DNA of 64,000 nucleotides, from NCBI GenBank assembly GCA_963777505.1, contig CAVZQN010000001.1, positions 96,001-160,000 on the forward strand, in the 5' to 3' direction. This DNA comes from an uncultured bacterium (GTDB taxonomy: Bacteria > Acidobacteriota > HRBIN11 > JAKEFK01). Made by a program: the position numbers and the translations under genes. Of this stretch, positions 49,426-60,909 are shown piece by piece. Below the pieces are notes generated by a model, which was not told the DNA's origin, ran no database searches, and saw only the letters and a program-made list of their open reading frames with translations. The stretch's first letter is position 1. The number at the start of each line of letters is the position of its first letter.

Positions 49426-52400
49426 TTGTTGGCGTTTGTTTTGTCAATTGTTCCCTTAGCTTCTGCAGATGGGATCATCAGGAAAGGATCATTCGCCAAA
49501 TCTACAGCAACCGGCAACCAGGTCATTGCTCATGGACTTGGAGTCACTCCGAAAGCGATCATTTTTTGGACCACAGGACGGAACAACGAATCATTTGGTA
49601 CCAGCTTTCACTATTCATTCGGCGCTACCGATGGAACAAATAGCCGCTGCTCTTCCGCTGCTAGCCTGGATAATGCGGGAACTACGAATGGGAGCCGTCG
49701 TATTTCCACGACTCCTATTACAATTGTGGAATGGGGAGAAACCGTCATTGCTGAAGCATCATTTGTTTCATGGAATGCCACGAATGTTACGTTGAACTGG
49801 ACCACCAATAACAATCAAGCTTACGTCATCCATTTTTCGGCGATCGGAGGATCCGACGTTTCAGCCAGTGTTGTTGGTTGGACGATGCCAACAGATCCTG
49901 GAAATTTTTCAGTAACAGGTGTTGGATTCCGGCCGAGTTTAGTAATCCATTCACATGTTGGAAGCGGATACACAGGCGCTGTTGGCTCAAGCGCAACAAA
50001 TGCCGCAATCGCAACTGGGGTCATGGATTCTCAGGGAGACATATGGTCAAGCGAAATCCTTATTGTGGATAATGTTGGAACCAGTGATACTCAGCGAAAT
50101 CAAAGTACAGCTGCTTGCTTTACTGCAATTAATAACGGACTTGGTGTCACGAAGCAGGCAACTTTGGCCTCAATGGATGCGAATGGATTTACGATGAACT
50201 TCAGTGTGGCCAACGATAATGCAGCCAGAGCGTTTTCGCTTGCCTTGAGGGGTCTGAACTCGCAGACAGGTGCTTTTAATAAATCGACAGCTGCAGCGCC
50301 AGCATCGCAATCGATCACAGGTGTCGGATTTACTCCCACCTTCGTTATGTTTTCCAGTTTTATGGATACGGCACAGGGTTCACCAGTTGCTGAAGGACGC
50401 TATGGAATTGGCGGATCGGATGGCACCTCAGAAGGAAGTTCGACATTTCAGGATACGAACGGGGTGGGATACTACCAGCATTGATTCAATCGACAAGACA
50501 AGCAAAGTCTTCATGAAGGTAAACAACAATACGCCTTCAATTAATGCAGAAGCAGACTTTACATCTTTCAATGTGAATGGTTTTACACTGAACTGGACTA
50601 CAAATGATAATGTTGCTACGCAAATTCTTTATTTAGTTCTTGCTCCACTGGCTCCGACAAAGGTCAGCCTCAAATCTTTTCAAGCATTTCAAAAAGGTTC
50701 TCAGGTTCAACTTCGTTGGCGTACAGGATATGAAGTTGATAATTTAGGCTTTTCAATTTATCGCGAAATCAATGGACATCAGACAAAGCTGAATCCTTCT
50801 ATCATTGCCGGAACTGCAATGACTACCGGCGCATCCAAACCCGTTCAAGCTGGATGGTCTTATTCCTGGAAAGATTTGTTGCCAGCCAATACTTCAAACG
50901 TGAAGTACTGGTTGGAGGATATGGATCTAAATGGTGAACTGACGCGGTATGGTCCGATTTTTCCAGAATCAGTTGAGTCGCTTCCAGGTTCTCAGAATGT
51001 CCCGCTGTTAAACCAGATCGCGAATACGAATCAGCCGGCTTTGAAGAAATCGATCCCTGGACTTAAATCAGGCTCCTCAAAGAGTCTCAAAAAACAGCAG
51101 CAGCTCGCGGCAAGCAATGCAATCAAAATATCAGTGAAAGAGAATGGATGGTACCGCATTTCGCAGCCACAACTCATCTCTGCAGGTCTTGATCCTGGAA
51201 TCGATCCACGTAATTTTCAACTTTATCTAAATGGAAAACAACACGCGATTCTTGTTACGGGTCAAACTGATGGAAGTTTCGATCCGCAAGACACTGTGGA
51301 ATTTTACGGCACAGGTCTCGATACTGCCTATACAGATGAACAGATTTACTGGTTGCTTCCAGCATCCAACAAAGGAAAACGGATTAAGATTTCATCTGGC
51401 TCAGGAACGCATCCACCCGGTGAGACAAGTTTCCCACTAACAGTGGAACGTAAAGATCGAACGATTTATTTTGCAGCACTGACAAATGGCGATACTGAAA
51501 ATTTCTTCGGAGCATTAGTCAATACAACTGCGGTCGATCAAACATTGCAGCTTCCCAATCTAGACGTTTCCGCAACTTCTGATGCACTTCTGGAAGTCTC
51601 GCTTCAAGGCGTTACTGAGTTGCCGGAATCAGAACCCGATCATACAGTTGCTGTCTCGATCAATAACAATGCCCTTAGCATCCAATCGTGTTTGACGGTC
51701 AAGAGCTTATGAAGCAACAGATTCCAATTCCTCACTCATGGCTGGTTGAAGGACAGAATACTGTAACTTTAATGGCGCAGAGCGCTCAAGATGTGTCTCT
51801 TGTTGAATCGATACGCATCACTTACTCGCACACATATGAAGCCGATGACGACTTTTTGATTTTCACAACACCAGGTAATCATGAAGTCCGAATTGCTGGA
51901 TTCAGCTGGACCGCAAATCCGCCTTTTCGACATTACCAAACCGAACGCGGTGCGCGAAATCTCAGGCACAGTCGTTTCTGAAGGTTCAACATTCACAATC
52001 GTTTCATCATTAAAGAAAGGTGGAGAGCACACATTATTAGCTCTTTCCGAAAACAAAATTGCATCTGCATCCGGACTCAAAATGAATTTGCCATCAACGT
52101 GGCATGATAACGGAAACAACGCTGATGCCTTACATCTGACTCACAGCGACTTTATTGCAGCAGTCACTTCACTTCAGCAATTCAGACAATCTCAAGGAAC
52201 TTCGGTTGTCCTTATAGATGTAGAAGATATCTATGACGAGTTCAGTTACGGTATTTCCGATCCGTTGGCCATAAAAAGCTTTTTGAATACGGCAAGTACA
52301 AAATGGTCTACGCCGCCGCATACTGTTTTGTTTGCAGGAGATGCTAGTTTCGATCCCAGGAATTATTTAGGACTTGGCGATTTCGATTTTGTTCCTACCG

Positions 52401-53155
52401 GCACAGCTGCCACAAGTACAGGCGAGACTGCATCGGACGACTGGTTTGTAGATTTCGATAATGATTCACGCCCCGAAATGGCGATCGGAAGAATCCCGAG
52501 CCGTTCTTTGCAGGAAGCATCATCGATGATCAACAAAATTATCCAGTATGAGCAAACGCCGGCTGGAGGTTCGTGGAGTGATGAAGTTTTGATGGTTGCT
52601 GACAACAATGACCTCGTAGATTTTGAAAGCGCCTCCACTGAGTTGGAATCTACGATTCCTGAAAATCTTTCGATTACCAATATCTTCCTGGGACAATCCG
52701 ATCCGTCAACAGCACGCAGTCAAATTTTAAACGGAATCGAAAATGGAAAGCTTCTCGTTCATTACCTTGGCCATGGCTCAGTGGAAGTTTGGGCTGAGGA
52801 AGATCTGTTGACATCTACGGATGCAGAGGCATTTTCAAATGGCTTACGATTGCCTTTCGTTGTAGCACTCAATTGTTTGAATGGTTATTTTCACGATGTA
52901 TTCACAAACAGTTTGGCTGAAGCTTTTTTACGTAACGCAAACGGCGGAGCTGTTGCTGTTTGGGCTTCCTCTGGCTTTACCGAAACAAACCAACAGACTA
53001 CCCTGGGCCGGACAATGCTGCAGTCGCTTTTCAACGAAAATGAATCTTTAACTCTGGGTGAAACGATCTACCGCGCAAAACAAAATCCATCTGATAGCGA
53101 TGTTCGCCGCACATGGATTTTATTCGGCGATCCTCTCACACGTATTTCGCCTTAG
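49426..53155 (+). CDS. secreted C25-family (gingipain/PorU-like) cysteine peptidase, copy 1 (3 frameshifts)
   Basis: Four ORF pieces; VEDIYDEF, GDAS.D, SDDWF, IGRIP, catalytic YLGHGS and NCLNG, LFGDP. Confidence 0.85.
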
Positions 53156-53199
53156 TGCACTTTAGTCTCAGTTTTGCAACGCAATATCATATATATTGT

Positions 53200-53229
53200 T
53201 TGACAGCCATAAAAAGTTGAAGGTATCAT
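53200..53229 (+). promoter_or_regulatory. sigma70 promoter of C25 copy 2 (may also drive the downstream RiPP genes)
   Basis: TTGACA-N18-TATCAT. Confidence 0.6.
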
Positions 53230-53297
53230 TTCAATCAGATTTTTGGAGTTAGGAATTACTTTCCACTGGGGCAGACCCAAATAAATCTTTCCAATCA

Positions 53298-56200
53298 TTG
53301 ATTCGCAATTTCCTTTTGTTGGCGGCTGTTGTGCTCCCCTTCGCTGCCGAAGCTGGAATCATCAAAAAGGGATCATTCATCAAATCGACATCAAATGGCG
53401 CGCAAGTCGTCTCGCATGGACTTGGAGAAACTCCGAAAGCGATTATTTTTTGGACTACAGGACGAAATAACGAATCATTTGGCGACGACTTTCACTACTC
53501 ATTTGGCGTTACCGATGGAACAACCAGCCGCTGCTCATCTGCTGCCAGTCAAGATAATGAGTTAAGAACGAATGCGAGCCGTCGAATAGCTATTGCCGCC
53601 ATCACAATTGCTGAATGGGACGAGCAACTTATTGCGGAGGCACTATTCGTATCCTGGAATACAACTACTTTTACTCTGACGTGGACCACGAACAATAACC
53701 AGCCATACATCATTCATTTTGTCGCAATCGGAGGTCCAGAGGTATCAGCCAAGGTCGTTGGTTGGAATATGCCAACAGATCCTGGAAATTTTTCAGTTAC
53801 AGCGGTTGGATTTCAGCCGAGTGTGGTAATCCATTCTCATGTCGGCAGCGGATACATTAGTGGTCCAGGAACGGTCTCAGCAAATGCGGTAATCGGAACA
53901 GCGGTCATGGACAGCCAAGGGGCTGTTTGGTCAAGCGAAATCCCGGTTTTAGATAATGGCCGGGAACTCGGTTTCGGCGCAATCAAAGTACAGCTGCTTG
54001 TTTCACTTCCATGACGATAACTTTAACGTTGGGATTGTAAAGGAAGCGACATTTACTTCGATGAATGCCGATGGTTTTACGATGAACTTCAGTATAGCCA
54101 ACGATAGTCCAGGCAGAGCGTTTTCGCTTGCTTTGAAAGGGGTGAACTCACATACAGGTAGTTTTAACAAAACGACATCTACCCTTCCGACATCCGACAG
54201 TTACTGGCATTGGATTTACCCCTACATTCGTTCTGTGCTCTTTTCCAGTTTTATGGATACGGCACAAGCTACGGTTGCTTTGCACGCACGGTACGGAATT
54301 GGAGGATCGGATGGAACGACAGAAGGAAGTTCTTCATTTCAGGATACGGCTTCTTGTCAACAACAAGTGTAAATTCAATCGATAAAACAAGCAAAGTCTT
54401 TGTGAAGGACGACAATAGTATTCCTTCATTGATGCCGAAGCCGATCTGACGTCGTTGAACTACGAATGGATTCACACTCAATTGGACTACAAATGATAAT
54501 GTACCTACAGAGATTCTTTATCTGGTTCTTGCTCCACTGGCTCCCACAAAAGTCAGCCTCAAATCTTTTCAAGCATTTCAAAAAGGTTCTCAGGTTCAAC
54601 TTCGTTGGCGTACAGGATATGAAGTTGATAATTTAGGCTTTTCAATTTATCGCGAAATCAATGGACATCAGACAAAGTTGAATCCTTCCATCATTGCCGG
54701 AACTGCAATGACTACCGGCGCATCCAAACCCGTTCAAGCTGGATGGTCTTATTCCTGGAAAGATTTGTTGCCAGCCAATACTTCAAACGTGAAGTACTGG
54801 TTGGAAGATATGGATCTAAATGGTGAACTGACGCGATATGGTCCGATTTTTCCAGAATCGGTTGAGTCGCTTCCAGGTTCTCAGAATGTCCCGCTGTTAA
54901 ACCAGATCGCGAATACGAATCAGCCGGCTTTCAAGAAATCGATCCCTGGACTTAAATCAGGCTCCTCAAAGAGTCTCAAAAAACAGCAGCAGCTCGCGGC
55001 AAGCAATGCAATCAAAATATCAGTGAAAGAGGATGGATGGTACCGCATTTCGCAGCCACAACTCATCTCTGCAGGTCTTGATCCTGGAATCGATCCACGT
55101 AATTTTCAACTTTATCTAAATGGAAAACAACACGCGATTCTTGTTACGGGTCAAACTGATGGAAGTTTCGATCCGCAAGACACTGTGGAATTTTACGGCA
55201 CAGGTCTCGATACTGCCTATACAGATGAACAGATTTATTGGCTGCTTCCAGCATCCAACAAAGGAAAACGGATTAAGATTTCATCTGGTTCAGGAACGCA
55301 TCCACCCGGTGAGACAAGTTTCCCACTAACAGTGGAACGTAAAGATCGAACGATTTATTTTGCAGCACTGACAAATGGCGATACCGAAAATTTCTTCGGA
55401 GCATTAGTCAATACAACTGCGGTCGATCAAACATTGCAGCTTCCCAATCTGGACGTTTCCGCAACTTCTGATGCACTTCTGGAAGTCTCGCTTCAAGGCG
55501 TTACTCGAGTTGCCGGAATCAGAACCCGATCATACAGTTGCTGTCTCGATCAATAACAATGCTCTTGCTCCAATCGTGTTTGACGGTCAAGAGCTGATGA
55601 AGCAACAGATTCCAATTCCTCACTCATGGCTGGTTGAAGGACAGAATACTGTAACTTTAATGGCGCAGAGCGCTCAAGATGTGTCTCTTGTTGAATCGAT
55701 ACGCATCACTTACTTGCACACTTATGAAGCCGATGACGACTTTTTGATTTTCACAACACCAGGCAATCGTGAAATCAGAATTGCGGGATTCAGCGGACCG
55801 CAAATCCGCCTTCTCGACATTACCAAACCGAACGCGGTGCGCGAAATCTCAGGCACAGTAGTTTCTGAAGGTTCAACATTCACAATCGTTTCATCATTAA
55901 AGAAAGGTGGAGAACACACATTATTAGCTCTCTCCGAAAACAAAATTGCATCTGTATCCGGACTCAAAATGAATTTGCCTTCATCGTGGCATGACAATGA
56001 AAATAACGGCTGATGCCTTACATCTGACTCATAGCGACTTCATTGGAGCAGTCACTCCACTGCAGCAATTCAGACAATCTCAAGGAACTTCGGTTGTCCT
56101 TATAGATGTAGAAGATATCTATGACGAGTTCAGTTACGGTATTTCCGATCCGTTGGCCATAAAAAGCTTTTTGAATACGGCAATTACAAAATGGTCTACG

Positions 56201-57044
56201 CCGCCGCATACTGTTTTGTTTGCGGGAGATGCTAGTTTCGATCCCAGGAATTATTTAGGACTTGGCGATTTCGATTTTGTTCCTACCGGCACAGCTGCCA
56301 CAAGTACAGGCGAGACTGCATCGGACGACTGGTTTGTAGATTTCGACAATGATTCACGCCCCGAAATGGCAATCGGAAGAATCCCGAGCCGTTCTTTGCA
56401 GGAAGCATCATCGATGATCAACAAAATTATCCAGTATGAGCAAACGCCGGCTGGAGGTTCGTGGAGTGATGAAGTCTTGATGGTTGCTGACAACAATGAC
56501 CTCGTAGATTTTGAAAGTGCATCCACTGAGTTGGAATCTACGATTCCTGAAAATCTATCGATTACCAATATCTTCCTGGGACAATCCGATCCGTCAACAG
56601 CACGCAGTCAAATTTTAAACGGAATCGAAAATGGAAAGCTTCTCGTTCATTACCTTGGCCATGGCTCAGTGGAAGTTTGGGCTGAGGAAGATTTGTTGAC
56701 ATCCTACGGATGCAGAAGCTTTTTCAAATGGCTTACGATTGCCTTTCGTTGTAGCACTCAATTGTTTGAATGGTTATTTTCACGATGTATTCACAAACAG
56801 TTTGGCCGAAGCTTTTTTACGTAACGCAAACGGCGGAGCTGTTGCTGTTTGGGCTTCCTCTGGTTTTACCGAAACAAACCACCAGACTACCCTGGGCCGG
56901 ACAATGCTGCAGTCGCTTTTCAACGAAAATGAATCTTTGACTCTGGGTGAAACGATCTACCGCGCAAAACAAAATCCATCTGATAGCGATGTTCGCCGCA
57001 CATGGATTTTATTCGGCGATCCTCTAACACGTATTTCGCCTTAG
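53298..57044 (+). CDS. secreted C25-family cysteine peptidase, copy 2 (at least 6 frameshifts; gene or pseudogene)
   Basis: Seven ORF pieces collinear with copy 1; catalytic His and Cys motifs retained. Confidence 0.8.
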
Positions 57045-57122
57045 TGCACTTTAGTCTCAGCTTTAAACGCAATATCATATATACTACTGCTGTGCTTTTC
57101 TTAAGAAGGGAGATAGTTTTTT

Positions 57123-57416
57123 TTGACGTGTTACACCAGGGATGAAAACGTTGTCGACCGGTCTATAGCCGGCGAAACAATCCTCGTACCCATTAAAGAC
57201 CGCATCGGAAATCTCGGATCTATTTACACTTTAAATGAAGTGGGGTCCTTAATCTGGGAAATGATCGATGGTCACACACCACTTCACAAAATTGTTGAAT
57301 CCGTAGTCACCACATACCAGGTCAGTGTTGATGAAGCACAACAGGATACTTCTGTTTTCTTGAGTATGCTTGAGAACGCAGGCCTGATTCACGTCACACA
57401 AGCTAAGGAGAAATGA
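57123..57416 (+). CDS. PqqD-family protein (RiPP recognition element)
   Basis: RSIAGETILVP...IYTLNEVGSLIWEMIDG...F L..L...GLI; 97 aa. Confidence 0.93.
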   Translation: MTCYTRDENVVDRSIAGETILVPIKDRIGNLGSIYTLNEVGSLIWEMIDGHTPLHKIVESVVTTYQVSVDEAQQDTSVFLSMLENAGLIHVTQAKEK

Positions 57417-58709
57417 CTTTGCAACAAGAACGTTATGGTGACTTCAGTCTTGATTTACACCAACGGGTTGTAGCGCACAGAATTCCGATTACCGGAACGA
57501 TCGAAGTCAGCAGACGCTGTCCCCTCGCTTGCGCGCACTGCTATAACAATCTTCCAATGGGCGACCGAGCTGCCCAGCTTGGCGAACTAACCTTTGATGA
57601 GTATTGCAGAATTCTGGATGAGATCTCACAGGCAGGCTGTTTCTGGTTGCTTTTCACTGGTGGGGAAATTTTTGCAAGAAGAGAGTTCTTAGATATCTAT
57701 ACATACGCCAAACGAAAGGGCTTTCTTATCACTCTTTTCACCAATGGCACTCTAATTACTCCAAAAATTGCAGACTATCTCACTGAATGGCCGCCGTTTT
57801 CTATTGAGATTACGCTTTACGGCCGAACTCGAGAAACCTATGAAAAGCTGACCCAGGTTCCTGGCTCTTACGATAAATGCATGCGTGGAATTCAACTGCT
57901 CAAGGAAAGAGGTTTGCCATTAAAACTAAAAACGGTCGGCGTTAGCATTAACAAACACGAAATCGGTGATATGAAGCATTTTGTTGAAGAAGAGCTCGGG
58001 CTAGAATTCAAGTTTGATGCAATGATTAATCCGCGTATCGATTGTTCTCAAAGCCCACTCAACGTTCGATTAAAACCGTATGAAGTTGTAGAACTTGACT
58101 TGCATGATTCTGACAGAATGTCGGAATGGCAAAAATTCGGTCAACGATTTAATGTGCCCGTTCACAAAGAAGAACACAGTGAGGAGTTATACCATTGCGG
58201 CGGCGGTATCAATTCCTTTGCAATCGATCCATATGGAATGCTCAGCATTTGTGTCTTATCGCAAGTCGATCAATATGATCTACGTAAAGGAAGTTTTAAA
58301 GAAGGTTGGGAAGGATTCTTATTTCAAGTACGTCGTGGAAAAAAGATCACCATACTCAACAAGTGCGTCAAATGCGAAATCAAATCCATGTGTGGAATGT
58401 GTCCTGCGAATGGCGAACTTGAAAACAAGGATCCGGAAAAACCTGTAGATTTCCTGTGTCACGTTGCCACATTTGAGAGCTCATACGTTCGATTTTCCAA
58501 TTAAGCCGCACGGCGACTGTGAATATTGTCCAGGTGGAAAAGGCTACTCGGATCTAATGGGCTCCATAGATGAATTAAAGAAAAATCCAGTTGATAGAAA
58601 AATGAAATTGGATCAGCCAAACTTGAACATTTTGGATCAAAATCCATCAACAGGTTGTTCAACAGGAGGATGTTCCTCCTGTGGATTAGCGTCCGTGCAT
58701 CATCCTTAG
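57413..58709 (+). CDS. radical SAM/SPASM peptide maturase (frameshift ~58468)
   Basis: CPLACAHC, FTGGE, FTNG, SPASM CGGG...DPYG...C and CxxCxxxxxCxxC; continues into ORF 58464..58709 as HVAHLRAH. Confidence 0.92.
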
Positions 58710-58727
58710 AAGTGTTTGGGGGAAAAT

Positions 58728-58898
58728 ATGTCAGAGAAAACTGCTGAAGAGAAAAAACCATATGTTAAGCCGGAGATTAAAAAAGTAGAACTAAGGCCCG
58801 AAGAGGCTGTGCTCGGTAATTGTAAAACCGGAGCCTCAGCAGGTCCTGGGTCATCAACCTGTGATATACCGTCAGCCTGCAGCGCTATTGGTTCGTAA
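58728..58898 (+). CDS. putative RiPP precursor peptide (56 aa)
   Basis: MSEKTAEEKKPYVKPEIKKVELRPEEAVL-GNCKTGASAGPGSSTCDIPSACSAIGS; GGGGGA RBS; immediately after the rSAM gene. Confidence 0.85.
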   Translation: MSEKTAEEKKPYVKPEIKKVELRPEEAVLGNCKTGASAGPGSSTCDIPSACSAIGS

Positions 58899-58966
58899 TG
58901 TATGCAAGGGTGCCTCTTAGGAAAGCAATTTCCTATGAAAAAAGATATTTCATACGTTAAGAATCA

Positions 58967-59524
58967 ATGACATCGGCCAAACGATTAAATCTGGGGAGTG
59001 GAATGCAGCGACAGATCGTGGATGCTGTTAACCTGGATATTGTCCCGAACAGCCGGGCCGATGTGATCCACGATTTGAATGAATACCCTTGGCCGTTCGA
59101 GGATAACCGGTTCGAGGAAGTCTATTGCTTCGATATTCTCGAACACCTGAATGATATTGTGCTTTCCATGCAGGAAATCCATCGTATCTCTTCCCATGGC
59201 GGCAAAATTGTATTGACAACTCCGCACTTCTCTTCGCGTAATGCCTACACGGATCCAACTCATAAACACTTCTTCGGCATTCATTCTTTTGATTATTTCC
59301 TGGATAACGGCCATTCTGAATATTCGAAAATGAATTTTTATTCGTCCGCGCGTTTTCAAAAAACCAGGCTACAAATCTATTTCGAGCACAGTTTATTCAA
59401 CAGTCTTATCGAGCGAGTTGTAAAAATCTATCCCGATTTCTGGGAAAAGAGATACTGCTGGATCTTTCCGGCGTGGTACATGGAACTTGAGTTGCAGACG
59501 GTTAAATCAATTGACCCCTCTTAG
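58967..59524 (+). CDS. class I SAM-dependent methyltransferase
   Basis: LNLGSG, NLD, HDLNEYPWPF, ILEHL, DPTH. Confidence 0.85.
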   Translation: MTSAKRLNLGSGMQRQIVDAVNLDIVPNSRADVIHDLNEYPWPFEDNRFEEVYCFDILEHLNDIVLSMQEIHRISSHGGKIVLTTPHFSSRNAYTDPTHKHFFGIHSFDYFLDNGHSEYSKMNFYSSARFQKTRLQIYFEHSLFNSLIERVVKIYPDFWEKRYCWIFPAWYMELELQTVKSIDPS

Positions 59525-59536
59525 TCTTAAATCAAT

Positions 59537-60512
59537 ATGGATGAATCGAGTAAGCATGCAGCGCTGTTGGTTGGTAATGTGATGCAAGAACACAAAAATC
59601 CGAATCAAGAATGTCATTTTTCGATTGCAGATATTTGTGTGCGCGTCGTAGTCGTCAGATCCGAAGCTCATACAGGGAGCGATACAGGCGCGGCACGATT
59701 TTATTGTGAATGAAAAGACTCCTGATTCCATCGTTTTTGCAGACGTTAAAGACTCGTTAACAGATATATCAGGCGAACCGCTTTTTGATTCCGGAGCTCT
59801 TTGGAAGCTTTATTTTCAAGAGGATCAATACCATTTCAGTTTCATATCACCGCTACTCGGTTCGCAACCTTACAAGCTTGCTTCCTTTAACCGGGATTTC
59901 ACGTGTGGTCATATATCAATGCAACGAAGGACGGACCGCTTGGATCAAAATTCAGACCCACTGGAATATCCGTTGGATGAATTGCTAATTTTGCATTTGT
60001 TGTCTCAAGGATTGGGAGTTGAAGTCCATGCGTGTGGATTGATTGATTCATTCGGAAATGGAGTTCTTTTCGTAGGCCAATCTGGTGCAGGAAAAACAAC
60101 GATGGCGGGGTTGATGCAAAAGCAGCCGCAGGTCAAAATTCTCAGTGATGACCGGATCATTCTTCGAAAAAACAATGGAAAGATCTGGATGCATGGAACT
60201 CCGTGGCATGGCGAGTCAAAATATGCAGCACCAGAAGAAGCTGAATTGAAGAAGATCTTCTTTTTGAAGCAGAATCCGAAAAACGAAATTCTGCCGTTAA
60301 AAAAGTCCGATGCAGTGGCTCGTCTCTTTGCATGCAGCTTTCCGCTTTTTTACAATACCTCCGCGGTGGACTTTATGCTTTCATTCTATGAAGAAACTGT
60401 GAAGGAAGTTCCATCTTTCGAACTGCGGTTCGTGCACAATGATGAAATTATTGAATTCATGAATCCATCAAGAAGTGCCATCGAGTATGTCGAAACTGTT
60501 TTTAAATATTAG
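59537..60512 (+). CDS. HPr-kinase-related P-loop kinase (probable frameshift ~59650)
   Basis: VHACG, GQSGAGKTT, ILSDD, GTPWHG; upstream piece 59537..59713 (FSIADICVRV) lies in another frame. Confidence 0.8.
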
Positions 60513-60909
60513 CGCTGATCTGCTGAAATCAGGGTACGGTATAGAATTCCATGCAAATGGAAAAAGTATGTATCCTACGATAAGAGATGGGGAGATGATT
60601 ACAGTAGAACCGATTGCGGCACCGGAAATAAAACCCGGTGATATTATTCTCTACCGAAATCAAACTGGAGTTGTGGCCCACCGCGTCGTTTACCTTGAAC
60701 AATCAAGTCATGGCCATCTGCTTCTGCGCGGAGATGCTTCGAATACATTCGATGCACCGATAATGCCGTATCAAATCCTTGGCAAAGTCATTTCCACAAA
60801 ACGTTCCGGCAGAAAAATCGCCCTCAATAAGAGAAGGCCGAACCTCGTGCATTTCCTGCGTGTACGTCTGAGACAGATGATTCAATCTGTAGTTGTGTTA
60901 TTTTTATGA
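60487..60909 (+). CDS. S24/S26-family peptidase
   Basis: GKSMYPTI (catalytic Ser), VAHRV (His), RGD; no N-terminal TM. Confidence 0.88.
   Translation: MSKLFLNISADLLKSGYGIEFHANGKSMYPTIRDGEMITVEPIAAPEIKPGDIILYRNQTGVVAHRVVYLEQSSHGHLLLRGDASNTFDAPIMPYQILGKVISTKRSGRKIALNKRRPNLVHFLRVRLRQMIQSVVVLFL

Larger units (their letters stand above)
49295..57083 (+). repeat. head-to-tail tandem duplication of a ~3.9 kb unit (49295-53195 / 53196-57083)
   Basis: Both units start ttgtttgacagcc and end gccttagtgcactttagtctcag...aacgcaatatcatatata; the 3' ~2.6 kb is nearly identical. Confidence 0.93.

Noticed and set aside
49426-57044. Programmed frameshifting or phase variation in the C25 genes
   Set aside because: Indels are not in homopolymer/SSR tracts or slippery heptamers and differ between the copies; error is more parsimonious.
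57123-58709. PQQ biosynthesis (pqqD/pqqE)
   Set aside because: No pqqB/pqqC, and the peptide lacks the ExxxY motif.
58728-58898. Classical lasso peptide
   Set aside because: No asparagine-synthetase-like cyclase or transglutaminase-like B2 gene in the window; no Thr(-2) or acidic acceptor at core position 7-9.
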